A stretch of 64,000 bases of DNA from Thermoproteota archaeon (GCA_027491435.1 JAOZFG010000004.1:192001-256000), one strand, 5' to 3'; shown: positions 17,322 to 27,016, counted from the stretch's first letter. Program-made: numbers and translations. Notes: generated by a model from the letters alone, not told the origin.

Positions 17322-18637
17322 ATCACCTCCTTAAGAAACTCGTCTATAACATCTTCAAGGGTTAGCGGACCTATCTCCTGCAGTTCGTACTTGACGTGCA
17401 CTGTCGGCTTGTTGACTTTGAGGTAGCGACCCAGGTCAGTGGGAGTGCCAAGCACTATAGAGTCGGCGGGTATCCTGTTCAATATGTCCTCCAGCTCCTT
17501 TATCTGCCTCTTGCTGTAGCCTACGGCTGGTAGGACCTCCCTAAGGTGGGTGTACTTCTCATAAACCTCCTTGTACGAGCCTGTCACGTAAGGCCTGGGG
17601 TCAACGATCTCAGCCCCTAACCTCTTGGATATCAAGTAACCGGCCCCGTAGCCCATCTCCCCATGGGTCACTGTTGGACCATCCTCGACGACCACTACCC
17701 TCTTGCCAGATACCAGATTCGGCTTGTCCACGATGAAGGGCACGGCAGCCATTATCACCTTGGCCTTCGGGTTCACCTTCCTGACGTTGCTCAACACCTC
17801 CTCCACCTGCTCGTTACATGCCGTGTCCACCTTACTCACTATTATGACGTCGGCCATCCTGACGTTTACGCTTCCTGGCCAATAAGTTAGCTCATGACCA
17901 GCCCTCAAGGGATCCACGACGGTTATCATGAGGTCTGGCTTGAAGAACGGGAAGTCGTTGTTGCCCCCATCCCACAGAATTACGTCCCCCTCCTTCTCAG
18001 CCTCTCTCAACACCTTCTCGTAATCTACTCCGGCAAGTACAACGTTTCCTAGCCTTATATGGGGCTCATAGTCTTCCCTCTCCTCTATGGTAGCCTCATA
18101 CCTGTCCAAATCATCCAGACTTGTGAACTTCTGCACTACCTGTTTTCTAAGGTCTCCATAGGGCATAGGATGCCTTACCACCGCAACCTTTAGCCCCCTG
18201 GCCTTCAAGATTTGCGAGACCCTCCGGCTAGTTGGACTCTTGCCTGCCCCCGTTCTAACCGCCGTTACCGCTATGACTGGCTTTGAGGCCTCTAACATGG
18301 TGCTTTTAGGACCTAGGAGCATGAAATCAGCTCCATGAGCTTGGGCTAGGGCAGCTCTCTCCATTATGTACTGGTGAGACACGTCGCTGTAGGAGAAGAC
18401 CACCAGGTCGACGTCGTTCTCCTCAATCAGCTTTGGGAGCTCCTCTTCAGGAACTATGGGGATCCCTTCCGGATAAAGTCGGCCCGCCAGCTCTGGCGGA
18501 TATGTCCGGCCGGCTATCTCAGGCAGCTGTGCGGCGGTAAAGGCTACTACCCTATAATCCTCGTTATCCCTGAAGAAGACGTTGAAGTTGTGGAAGTCCC
18601 TACCGGCCGCACCCATAATTATGACTTTCCTTACCAT
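17318..18637 (-). CDS. COG2403 P-loop enzyme, arginine synthetase (ArcE)-like; often labelled cDPG synthetase/GTPase
   Basis: GAAGRDFHNFN, YPPELAG..YP.GIPI, AVRTGAGKS, RHPMPYG, TIEEREDYE, WDGGNNDFPF, EDGPT.THG. Confidence 0.78.
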   Translation of the reverse strand: MVRKVIIMGAAGRDFHNFNVFFRDNEDYRVVAFTAAQLPEIAGRTYPPELAGRLYPEGIPIVPEEELPKLIEENDVDLVVFSYSDVSHQYIMERAALAQAHGADFMLLGPKSTMLEASKPVIAVTAVRTGAGKSPTSRRVSQILKARGLKVAVVRHPMPYGDLRKQVVQKFTSLDDLDRYEATIEEREDYEPHIRLGNVVLAGVDYEKVLREAEKEGDVILWDGGNNDFPFFKPDLMITVVDPLRAGHELTYWPGSVNVRMADVIIVSKVDTACNEQVEEVLSNVRKVNPKAKVIMAAVPFIVDKPNLVSGKRVVVVEDGPTVTHGEMGYGAGYLISKRLGAEIVDPRPYVTGSYKEVYEKYTHLREVLPAVGYSKRQIKELEDILNRIPADSIVLGTPTDLGRYLKVNKPTVHVKYELQEIGPLTLEDVIDEFLKEVM

Positions 18638-18695
18638 GGTCACCCCCATCACCTACTAGGAAAAGGCTTTAACGTTTACCTGCTCGGGAAAGCCC

Positions 18696-19658
18696 GTGAG
18701 GGGAGAGGAAGAGTTAATAGACCTAATAAGGGAAATTGTCGGGAGGGACGAGGAAGAGCTTCTGGGAATTGGTAGGGACGACGCTTCAGCGAGGAAATTG
18801 GACAAAGGCGTGTACGTGTTCAACGTAGACTCGCTAGCAGAGTCCTCCGACATGCTTCCTGGCATGAGTTTGAGCGACTTCGGCAGGAAGGCCGTCATCT
18901 TCAGCTACTCTGATCTAGCCGCTAAGGGGGCAAGGCCCCTATTCTTTATGGCATCGCTGACGTTACAGAGATGGAGGTCCACGAGGGATTTTGAGGAGAT
19001 CATCAGGGGGGTAGAGGAGGGAGCACGAGAGTACAACACTCACTTGGTGGGAGGGGATCTAGGCTCCGGGGACGAATTAAATATAGCGGGCTTTGCGGTG
19101 GGTAAGGTGGTAAATAAGCTGGTGAGCAGGTCGGGATCAAAGCCCGGTGATCTAATTTACGTGATAGGGAAATTCGGCCTAACTTGGTTGGCCTTCAAAC
19201 ACCTGCTCGAGGGGATGGAGCTCCCGAAGAGGTTGGCCTCTAGAGCTCTAAGGTCAGTCTACAGGCCAATCGCTAGGGTCAGGGAGGGCCTCCTAATATC
19301 GAGTTATGCCACCTCATGCGTAGACAGCAGTGACGGCCTGTACAGGTCCTTAAAGGAGCTATCCAAATCGTCGGGGCATGGATTTAATGTGGAGAGGCTC
19401 CCCATAGATGAGGAGGTCCTTAAGTTCGTCGAGAGGAAGGGAATAGACCCGATGGAGCCAACATTTTACGGCGGCGAGGAGTTCCATCTGGTGTTCACGG
19501 TTAGCGAGGATGTGGCCCCGGCGATGGAGGCGGACCTGAGGAGAGAGGGGCTCTCCCCAATAGCTATAGGGAGGGTGGTAGAAGGTAAGGGGGTACTATA
19601 TAAAGGAGAGGAGGTTCCAGCTGGCGGTTGGAACCACTTCTCTCAATCCAACTCGTAA
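18696..19658 (+). CDS. thiL: Thiamine-monophosphate kinase
   Basis: GRDDA, SDLAAKGA.P, VGGD, DSSDGL and GGEEF.LVFTV motifs. Confidence 0.9.
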   Translation: MRGEEELIDLIREIVGRDEEELLGIGRDDASARKLDKGVYVFNVDSLAESSDMLPGMSLSDFGRKAVIFSYSDLAAKGARPLFFMASLTLQRWRSTRDFEEIIRGVEEGAREYNTHLVGGDLGSGDELNIAGFAVGKVVNKLVSRSGSKPGDLIYVIGKFGLTWLAFKHLLEGMELPKRLASRALRSVYRPIARVREGLLISSYATSCVDSSDGLYRSLKELSKSSGHGFNVERLPIDEEVLKFVERKGIDPMEPTFYGGEEFHLVFTVSEDVAPAMEADLRREGLSPIAIGRVVEGKGVLYKGEEVPAGGWNHFSQSNS

Positions 19659-20278
19659 ACCCTCCCTGGTTCAGGCACTATAACCTGGGTCTCCAGCCCC
19701 ATGGCCTTCACCTTAATTGAGAAGTCCTCCATCTCCTGAGGCTCCCCGTGTATTGGCACAGATACCAGGGGGACGAGCTCTTTCGCCATTTTTGACGCAT
19801 CTTTAGGGCTTGCATTGGGGGAAGGTTTACCTACTGGTAGAAAAGCCACATCAACCGGGGAAAACGCCTGGAAATAAGAGGAGTATCCGGAGCTGTCCCC
19901 ATGGAATATGGCCTTCCCTCCGACCTCGATCAGGTATACCAGCGGATGAACCCCCGGGTGAACGGCCCTAAGGGCATGCACTTTAGCGAAGTCCAAGTCC
20001 ACCATCTCGCCTGCCTTGAGCTTGGTTAACTTATCGTCAGGAACCTTTCTCCTTATCAGCTTAAAAACGCCCTTATTGACGACTAAGTGGGGCCTATGAG
20101 CCTCGTATATAGCCTTTAGGTTCATATAATCGTAATGGCCACTGTGTTCGTGCGTGTAGAGTAGGAGGTCTACTCTATCCACATCGCTGGGCTTCACGAG
20201 GTCTCCTGGGTCCACCAATATTGATATTCCCTCAACCTCTAGGAAAACAGCAGAACGCCCTGCCCAGAAGAACTTCAA
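19643..20278 (-). CDS. MBL-fold metallo-hydrolase (variant HEHSGH motif)
   Basis: ILVDP, THEHSGH, AVH, HGDS and PIHG motifs. Confidence 0.75.
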   Translation of the reverse strand: MKFFWAGRSAVFLEVEGISILVDPGDLVKPSDVDRVDLLLYTHEHSGHYDYMNLKAIYEAHRPHLVVNKGVFKLIRRKVPDDKLTKLKAGEMVDLDFAKVHALRAVHPGVHPLVYLIEVGGKAIFHGDSSGYSSYFQAFSPVDVAFLPVGKPSPNASPKDASKMAKELVPLVSVPIHGEPQEMEDFSIKVKAMGLETQVIVPEPGRVYELD

Positions 20279-20661
20279 TCAGATCCCCTCTTCAACTTGA
20301 CCAGCTTCCCCGTGTACAGCCTCTCTAAAACTTCAAGTCCCTCTACAACCTTTCCTAGGTAGCTTACCGGTTCTTTGAGCTTGGCGTCCCTCAACGCTAT
20401 CACTATCATGCCCTTTGCCGGGGAATAGCCGACTTGCCCCTTCCTTAGGAACCTCTTCTCCTTCTCTATCCTGGTCTCTATAGGAAATCTTATGTAGACC
20501 AAGTCTTTATCCTTCACGATCATCCCGGTCCTTGGGAGGTTTCCGAAAATCCTCTCGGAGGTGAAGGGAGAGAGGTGCCTTAAGAGCTCCAGCCTGACCC
20601 TATCTTGGCCCTCCTCAATCAATATTGTGTACTTCTCAAGCCCTTCCTGTTTAGCTCTCAA
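20275..20661 (-). CDS. Cyclophilin-like fold protein
   Basis: L.RHLSPFT...I...LP and G.VGYSP...I.IA...PV..LGKV..G pattern; TTG start with GGAGGTGG SD. Confidence 0.65.
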   Translation of the reverse strand: MRAKQEGLEKYTILIEEGQDRVRLELLRHLSPFTSERIFGNLPRTGMIVKDKDLVYIRFPIETRIEKEKRFLRKGQVGYSPAKGMIVIALRDAKLKEPVSYLGKVVEGLEVLERLYTGKLVKLKRGSD

Positions 20662-20832
20662 AAGCTTTAACCACCTCCTACATCGGATGGGAGGTCAAAT
20701 CAGCCAGTAGAGTGTGAGTGAGGTAACTAAATAAAGTTTCCCTTCAGATTCGCGTGCCCACTCAAATCAATTAATTTAACCGGAGAGAGATTGCACGAAA
20801 TTAACTATAAATTGGGGGGCCTTAAGGTACCT

Positions 20833-21102
20833 CTAAGATCCCTCAGACTCCCTTTCAACCTTGACTTTTGCCTTGGCCCCTCTATATATCCTCAACCTTG
20901 AGTTGCCGTCCACGTAGACGACTAGTCCCTCCTCCTGGAACTGCCTCAACAACTTCCTAGCGACGCTCACCCTTATGTTGTACTTCATGGCCAGCGACTG
21001 AGGGGTCACAACCCTAGCCCTGGAAACTTCCTTTCTTATCTGCTCCATGACCTTAGGGGAAACTTCTAGCTCCCTAGTTACCTTCTCAGCCTCGGCGCTC
21101 AT
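20833..21102 (-). CDS. rps25e: 30S ribosomal protein S25e
   Basis: I.KEV....VVTP..LA.KY.IRVSVARKLLR...EEG...IY winged-helix signature. Confidence 0.9.
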   Translation of the reverse strand: MSAEAEKVTRELEVSPKVMEQIRKEVSRARVVTPQSLAMKYNIRVSVARKLLRQFQEEGLVVYVDGNSRLRIYRGAKAKVKVERESEGS

Positions 21103-21192
21103 ACCGACACCGGGTTATCCACAACACGTCAGTATAAAAACTCGCCGCCTGACGCGTGGAACTAGAAAATTAGGGAAAGGGGATTGCTCCCC

Positions 21193-22290
21193 CTACTCAG
21201 ATCCCTTCTCGGCCTTATAGCCGACAACCTTGTCCTTGATCTCCTCAATTCTCTTCCTAGAAAGTGGCAGCTCTGGGCGCTCCGGCAGTATTCCCTGAGG
21301 CCTGAAGAGGGCTATGAGTACTATTATTGAACCTATTAACATGTACTCAAGCCAGTTCGGGTTTATTGGTATGTAGTTGGTCAGCTCCGACTTGTAAGCG
21401 TATATCAAGCTCCTGAATATTGAGAATATCAGAGTTCCCAAGACTATGCCGTAGTTGTTACCGGTCCCCCCTAACATCATGAAGGCCCATGGCCAGAAGG
21501 TCCAGGTCAACCTGTTGTAAGTCAGGGCCTTAAAGCTACCGGTGTATGTGGCCCAAAGGGCTCCTCCTATAGCTGCTAGAGCTCCACCTATTATAAGGGC
21601 TTGAGCCCTCAGCTTAACTATGTCCTTGCCGTACACCTTAGCGGCCAGCTCATTATCCCTCATGGCCTTGAGGGCCCTTCCAAACGGGGACTTAGCCAAG
21701 CTCTGAACGTAAATTAGAACTAGTATTGCTATCCCCAGTATTATCATGGTGCTCCCAAGGTACTTTATCTTACCTGTGCCAACGAACCTGAACAGGTCGG
21801 GGACAACTATACCAGCAGTACCGCCAGCTAGCGGGTCATAGTACTTCCCTATTATCTGGAGAGCGTCTCCGAAGGCGAGGAGGGTTATCCCTAGGTAAGC
21901 CTCTTTAAGCCTTATGGCAGGGTACGAGACTATGTAGCCTATGAAGCCGCCAAAGGCTGCAGCTATTATCAGGGACATGATCAACATAGCTATTGAGAGT
22001 CCAGGATTCTGGGAGAATATTGAGTTCAGCTTCTCCACTATCTGTAGGTTCTGATCCCCTACGTATTCCACGCCCCAAGGCATTCCGAACATGGCCGCCA
22101 TTATCCTTCCTGCTATCGCTCCAGCAGCTATCGCTCCAGCTAGTACAGCAAGCACCCTGCCGAACTGAGGTATGCCGGCGAACCCAGTCTCTAGGTTAAG
22201 GCTCAGGGTCACTATAAGGAATATGGCCATGTTTATTAGAATGCTTAACAGGAGTGGGTTAGTTAGTAAGTCCAACACATCGCTCAACAT
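21193..22290 (-). CDS. livM: Branched-chain amino acid ABC permease (LivM-like)
   Basis: SLNLETGFAG..QFG, RL...YLGITLLAF, SPFGRALKAMRDNE.AA and LGGTGN motifs. Confidence 0.88.
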   Translation of the reverse strand: MLSDVLDLLTNPLLLSILINMAIFLIVTLSLNLETGFAGIPQFGRVLAVLAGAIAAGAIAGRIMAAMFGMPWGVEYVGDQNLQIVEKLNSIFSQNPGLSIAMLIMSLIIAAAFGGFIGYIVSYPAIRLKEAYLGITLLAFGDALQIIGKYYDPLAGGTAGIVVPDLFRFVGTGKIKYLGSTMIILGIAILVLIYVQSLAKSPFGRALKAMRDNELAAKVYGKDIVKLRAQALIIGGALAAIGGALWATYTGSFKALTYNRLTWTFWPWAFMMLGGTGNNYGIVLGTLIFSIFRSLIYAYKSELTNYIPINPNWLEYMLIGSIIVLIALFRPQGILPERPELPLSRKRIEEIKDKVVGYKAEKGSE

Positions 22291-22295
22291 AGGAA

Positions 22296-23255
22296 TCACC
22301 TCCTCTTTAACTTACTGAAGACCTTCTCCCAGTTTATCCCTGCCAATCCCTGCGGGTATACTAGGAGCGTGGCGGCCATGGCGAGTAGAGGGATCAAGGG
22401 CTCATAGACCACTAGTTGCCTACCGAAGATGCTGGCTATTAAGTTTATCAGAATGTACTCGCTAAGGCCTATCAGATATCCGCCTAGAAAGGACCCGTAT
22501 ATGGAGTAGAGACCACCGACTATGGAGGCAGCGAACTCAGGAACTATCACCACGTTACCTGTGTATGGGTTGCCACTTATGACTAGGGAAAGGACAGCCC
22601 CACCTAGTCCGGCCAAGGCCCCTCCAACGAACCAGGATACTAAGTATATCACCTCGGTGTTAATTCCTAGGATTGAGGCTAAGTCTGGGTTCTCCACGGT
22701 GACTCTGAAAGCTATACCAAACTTGGTTCTGGTTAGCGTGAAGTAAAAGAACAGCGCTATGGCTACCACTATCAGCACTGATACTATGGTTATCGCCTTC
22801 AATTTGAAACCAGCTACCTCGCCCAACACCATGTCGTGAGTGGTGAGCACTATTAGCCTTGAGTTAACCTTGTATTCACTCGTCAGATAATCGGCGAACA
22901 CGTTTATAAATGCAAAGAATATAAGGTCTATGCCTAGAGTTGACATCATTAAGGTGACCATGTCGGCCCCCTTCTTCAAGAGCCACTTGTTGACTACCAC
23001 GTAAGTTATGACTCCCAAAATTCCTGAGAACAGAAAGGCTACTGGGAAGTAATAGTAGGGGTTCCCTCCGAAGAAGACCTTGTAGAGGGAGAATATTATG
23101 TAGAAGCCCCACGCCGTCATTGACGCGTGAGCGAAGTTGAAGGTGCCTGTGGTCATGTAGATTAGCGTAATACCAGCAGCTGCGAGGGCTATTCCCCCGG
23201 AGTAGCCTATGGCCGTCATGATCACCTGAATGAAAGAGCTTGAAACCATCAGCAT
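22296..23255 (-). CDS. livH: Branched-chain amino acid ABC permease (LivH-like)
   Basis: LAAAGITLIY....FNFAH, TKFG.A.R...ENP.LA..LGIN and VGGL.S..G motifs. Confidence 0.88.
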   Translation of the reverse strand: MLMVSSSFIQVIMTAIGYSGGIALAAAGITLIYMTTGTFNFAHASMTAWGFYIIFSLYKVFFGGNPYYYFPVAFLFSGILGVITYVVVNKWLLKKGADMVTLMMSTLGIDLIFFAFINVFADYLTSEYKVNSRLIVLTTHDMVLGEVAGFKLKAITIVSVLIVVAIALFFYFTLTRTKFGIAFRVTVENPDLASILGINTEVIYLVSWFVGGALAGLGGAVLSLVISGNPYTGNVVIVPEFAASIVGGLYSIYGSFLGGYLIGLSEYILINLIASIFGRQLVVYEPLIPLLAMAATLLVYPQGLAGINWEKVFSKLKRR

Positions 23256-23436
23256 ATTTACAACCTCCCGCCGAGGCTGGGGACGTGAATTGTGTCGGAC
23301 CTACATATTATAAAACTTAAAGGTTTGTCTAAAGGGCCTTAAAGCCTGTTTTCTAGGTCCCGTTTACCTGATACTCAAAATCTAATACTTTTGGGTTCGA
23401 AAACGCTTCCGAAAGCCCCCGCTTACATAGAAACGG

Positions 23437-23448
23437 TTATATATAACA
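23437..23448 (+). promoter_or_regulatory. Probable TATA box of the substrate-binding protein gene
   Basis: Purine-rich BRE-like AGAAACG followed by palindromic GTTATATATAAC about 55 nt before the ATG. Confidence 0.5.
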
Positions 23449-23497
23449 CTTCCCTCGATGCCCGGGGTTATTCCCCGACGTATGATGGGGTGATATT

Positions 23498-24901
23498 ATG
23501 TCCCAGAAAACCGCCTACGTACTCATGTTAGTACTCCTTCTAGTGGGCATTGGAATAGGATACGCCATCGGAGGTGGAGGAGGCGCTGCCAAGACCGTCA
23601 CCGTCACCGGTCCTGCCAAGACTGTCACAGTCACGATTACCAAGACCGCTGCCACAACTCCTGCTAAGACCACCACCCAAGCTCCAGCAAGCAAGCTCAA
23701 GGGTGAGATACCCATAGGGGCTCTGCTCGGCCTGACTGGAGGTTTGTCTTCCTACGGAGAGAATAGCAAGGCAGCCTTGGAGCTGGCTGAGAAGGAGATA
23801 AATGACTGGCTCGCCTCTAAGGGAGCTGCCTGGAGGATAAAGGTCTACTATGAGGACACCGCCACTGACCCCAAGACCGCTCTGGACAAGGTTCAGGCCC
23901 TGCAGGCCAGAGGCGTCAAGATATTCATAGGTCCCATGAGCAGCGCCGAGGTTAAGGAGATAAAGAGCTACGCAGATAGCAACAAGTTGCTGATAATATC
24001 CCAGTCCTCAACTTCACCTAGGCTGGCCATACCCAACGATATGATATACAGGTTCTGTCCCACCGACGAGATACAGGGTCCTGCCACCGCCACTGCTATG
24101 TATGAGTTGGGAGTTAGGTACGTCGTCCAGGTCTGGAGAGGCGACGAGTGGGGTGACGCTCTAGCCGCTAGGATAGACGAAGACTTCGAGGCCATACTTA
24201 AGAAGAAGGGTGAGCAGGGCGAGATATACGGCAAGAAGAACGGCAAGGGTATAAGGTATGACCCGCAGGCCGCTGAGTTCTCTGCAGTCGTGGCTCAGCT
24301 TGATGCCCTCGTCAGCGAGCTCATAGACAAGTACGGAGCCGACAAGGTTGGAGTCTCCTTCATAGGGTTCAACGAGTACGTGCAGTTTGCCGCCGTTGCC
24401 TCTCAGTACGAGTCCCTCAAGAAGGTCAAGTGGTTCGGATCTGATGGGACTGCTCTGCTCAGTGAGATAGTTGAGAACAAGGATGCTGCAGCCTTCGGAT
24501 ACGAGACCAAGTTCATAAGCCCGATATTCGGTGCTGAGTCCCCGGTGAAGAAGAAGGTCGAGGAGTACGTCAAGAAGAAGCTCGGTAGGGCACCTGACAG
24601 CTACGCCTACGCTGCTTATGACGCTCTCTGGGCTGTTGCTAAGGCCCTCGATCAGATAGGTGAGTACGATCCCGTTAAGGTCGCCAAGCTCCTGCCCGAG
24701 ATAGTGAAGAACCTCAACGGAGCCACCGGAAACTTCGAGCTCAACGAGAACGGCGATAGGGCCGCTTCAGACTACCTGTTCTGGATGCCCTACAAGAAGT
24801 CCGACGGCACCTACGAGTGGAGGCTTGCCGGCATCTACAAGTACACCACTTCCAGCATGGTCTGGGAGGACTGGTTCTTAAAAGAGATTGGCAGGAAATA
24901 A
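23498..24901 (+). CDS. Branched-chain amino acid ABC substrate-binding protein with N-terminal anchor and Thr-rich linker
   Basis: IPIGALL.LTG.L...GE, EDT.TDP, GPMSS, YAYAAYDA and G.F.LNENGDR motifs. Confidence 0.9.
   Translation: MSQKTAYVLMLVLLLVGIGIGYAIGGGGGAAKTVTVTGPAKTVTVTITKTAATTPAKTTTQAPASKLKGEIPIGALLGLTGGLSSYGENSKAALELAEKEINDWLASKGAAWRIKVYYEDTATDPKTALDKVQALQARGVKIFIGPMSSAEVKEIKSYADSNKLLIISQSSTSPRLAIPNDMIYRFCPTDEIQGPATATAMYELGVRYVVQVWRGDEWGDALAARIDEDFEAILKKKGEQGEIYGKKNGKGIRYDPQAAEFSAVVAQLDALVSELIDKYGADKVGVSFIGFNEYVQFAAVASQYESLKKVKWFGSDGTALLSEIVENKDAAAFGYETKFISPIFGAESPVKKKVEEYVKKKLGRAPDSYAYAAYDALWAVAKALDQIGEYDPVKVAKLLPEIVKNLNGATGNFELNENGDRAASDYLFWMPYKKSDGTYEWRLAGIYKYTTSSMVWEDWFLKEIGRK
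23588..23680 (+). repeat. Degenerate tandem repeat encoding a Thr-rich linker (AKTVTVTGP AKTVTVTIT KTAATTP AKTTT)
   Basis: GCCAAGACYGTCACMGTCAC duplicated at 27-nt spacing. Confidence 0.7.
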
Positions 24902-25041
24902 ACAAAAATACTCATCTTCTCTATTTTTATATTGATTGTTATTGACTATATATCATTGATTCGTATATGCTTATACCAAAATTTTACTGATCGATTCCAT
25001 AAACTTATTATTTATACTGATCGAGTAGCGAGGTGGTGGGC

Positions 25042-25809
25042 TTGACCAACGAGAAATCCGAGTACATCTTGATCACTGAGAACCTCACCAAGAGGTTCGG
25101 TGGGCTAATAGCAGTGAACAATGTGTCAATTAAGGTTAAGAGGAACTCCCTGACCATGTTGATGGGCCCCAACGGTGCTGGTAAATCCACTTTCGTTAAT
25201 ACTTGTACTGGAGTGCTCAAGCCTGATGGAGGGAAGGTAATATTCGACGGCGTCGACATAACTGGATGGCCGCCCCACAAAGTTTACAGGGCCGGCTTCG
25301 TGAGAACTTTCCAAATTCCAGCCCCCTTCCAGAAGCTTACTGTGCTTGAAAACGTGCTTGCTTCAATGAGTCACAGTGGAGAAAGCCCGATAAGGGCTCC
25401 AATAAGGCCTCTTTGGATCAAAGAGGAAGAGGAGAAGGTTGAAAGGGCGTTTGAAATACTGAAGAACGTGGGCCTAGAGGATCACTGGGACGTCGAGGCC
25501 TTCAGGCTTGGAGGGGGGCAACTTAAGATGTTGGAGGTCTCAAGAGCGTTAGCTACGGGAGCTAAGCTAATAGCCCTGGACGAGCCGATAGGAGGAGTGG
25601 ACCCAGCCTACGCCGGAAACATACTAACCTACGTGAGCAACTTAAGGAAGAAGTGGGATGTCACCTTCCTGTTGATAGAGCACAGAATAGACATAGCTCT
25701 GCCCTTCGCCGATTACGTTTATGTGATGGACAGGGGCAAGCTGATAGCGGAAGGCCTACCGGATGAGGTTGCAAATAACCCGAAGGTTATAGAAATATAC
25801 ATAGGGTGA
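25042..25809 (+). CDS. livG: Branched-chain amino acid ABC ATPase (LivG-like)
   Basis: GPNGAGKST, RTFQ, LDEP and IEH motifs. Confidence 0.9.
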   Translation: MTNEKSEYILITENLTKRFGGLIAVNNVSIKVKRNSLTMLMGPNGAGKSTFVNTCTGVLKPDGGKVIFDGVDITGWPPHKVYRAGFVRTFQIPAPFQKLTVLENVLASMSHSGESPIRAPIRPLWIKEEEEKVERAFEILKNVGLEDHWDVEAFRLGGGQLKMLEVSRALATGAKLIALDEPIGGVDPAYAGNILTYVSNLRKKWDVTFLLIEHRIDIALPFADYVYVMDRGKLIAEGLPDEVANNPKVIEIYIG

Positions 25810-25813
25810 TCCT

Positions 25814-26530
25814 ATGGTCCTTCTGGAGACAAAAAATCTTTACTCAGGTTATGGCAAACTCAAGGTTCTTTTTGATATAAACTTCCAAGCCAGGGAGGGG
25901 GAGATCACCGTAGTGGTAGGCCCTAACGGGGCCGGCAAGACGACCCTTCTTAACAGCATAATGGGCATAGCCACAATTCACAGCGGTAACGTTTACTTTG
26001 AGGGACAGGATGTAACTAGAATTCCCCCCTATAAGAAGGCTAGGATGGGTATCGCCTACCTACCACAGCTAGGCAACGTAGCGGCTGGCTTGAGCGTGGA
26101 GGAGAATCTGAAAATAGCTGGTTACCTAATGCCTAAGGATGAGGTTCCTGAGAGAGTTGAGGAAATACTTGATATGTTTCCTAAGCTAAGAGAGCTTAGG
26201 AAGAGAAAGGCTGGCACTCTAAGTGGTGGAGAGAGGCGTATGTTGGCTATAGGCATGGCCCTCATGAGGAAGCCCAAAATACTTATGCTGGACGAGATGA
26301 CCACGGACTTAGCACCAATACTCGTCAAGCAGGTCCTCAACACAGTAGTTGAGCTGAGGGATGAGCACAAACAGACCATACTCATGGTGGAGCAGCACGC
26401 TAAGAGGGCCCTCGAGATAGGGGACAGAGGGTACTTGCTGGTCAGCGGTGAGATAAGGTATGAAGGCAACGCTAAGGAACTTCTCGAGCACCCGCAGTTC
26501 GCCAAACTGTACCTGGGTATAATAAGGTGA
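25814..26530 (+). CDS. livF: Branched-chain amino acid ABC ATPase (LivF-like)
   Basis: GPNGAGKTT, LSGGE, MLDE, VEQ and YLG motifs. Confidence 0.9.
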   Translation: MVLLETKNLYSGYGKLKVLFDINFQAREGEITVVVGPNGAGKTTLLNSIMGIATIHSGNVYFEGQDVTRIPPYKKARMGIAYLPQLGNVAAGLSVEENLKIAGYLMPKDEVPERVEEILDMFPKLRELRKRKAGTLSGGERRMLAIGMALMRKPKILMLDEMTTDLAPILVKQVLNTVVELRDEHKQTILMVEQHAKRALEIGDRGYLLVSGEIRYEGNAKELLEHPQFAKLYLGIIR

Positions 26531-26574
26531 GTGCCCTACCACACACAATCTTTATTAGACTCTAACCTGGGAGT

Positions 26575-27015
26575 GTGGTCGAGGAGATACCCTTGGATAA
26601 AGTGGAGGAGATAGGGATAAACTGGAACAAAATAGCTGAGAGGATCAACGAGGACCCCTATGAATTCTTGGAGATGGGTCCCACCAGAATGAGGAAACTG
26701 GTAATGGAGAACCTGAAGCCGCTGGCGCGCTTCGTCGGTGCCAAGGCAATAGTCTACGAGTGCGGCAAGTGGTACGCTAGAATTGAGAGGGTCGAGCTCG
26801 ATGAGGACTACCCAGAGGTGAGCGAGGTGATAGACAAGGAGTGCTATGTATCACTTGAAGACGAAAACGGCTGCGAGGTCGTAGTGCTGGCTATCAGGGA
26901 GGACGAGACCGGTGAGTTGGAGGGCTTTGCCAGGTCGGCTGGCGAAATACTGGAGATCTTCTTGAGGGGGCAGGTCTGTGACAGCCAAGACCTAGACTTC
27001 GACGACGCGTGGTGA
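26575..27015 (+). CDS. Acidic hypothetical protein
   Basis: 146-aa ORF with genome-typical codon use, a TATA-like TTTATTA upstream and a 1-nt gap to the next gene. Confidence 0.7.
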   Translation: MVEEIPLDKVEEIGINWNKIAERINEDPYEFLEMGPTRMRKLVMENLKPLARFVGAKAIVYECGKWYARIERVELDEDYPEVSEVIDKECYVSLEDENGCEVVVLAIREDETGELEGFARSAGEILEIFLRGQVCDSQDLDFDDAW

Positions 27016-27016
27016 G

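Noticed and set aside
17318-18637. Annotation as cyclic 2,3-diphosphoglycerate synthetase
   Set aside because: The N-terminal motif matches the ArcE/GTPase-labelled branch rather than the cDPGS branch as I recall it, and no 2-phosphoglycerate kinase is adjacent; not formally excluded.
21115-21123. Perfect DnaA-box sequence TTATCCACA upstream of rps25e
   Set aside because: Single copy in an archaeal context with no dnaA; compatible with chance.
21126-21155. CGTCAG-N16-CTGACG inverted repeat flanking the rps25e TATA box
   Set aside because: Only 6 bp and a single occurrence; insufficient to call an operator.
23588-23680. Short tandem repeats as CRISPR-like or contingency locus
   Set aside because: In-frame degenerate repeats encoding a normal Thr-rich linker; no spacers or cas genes.
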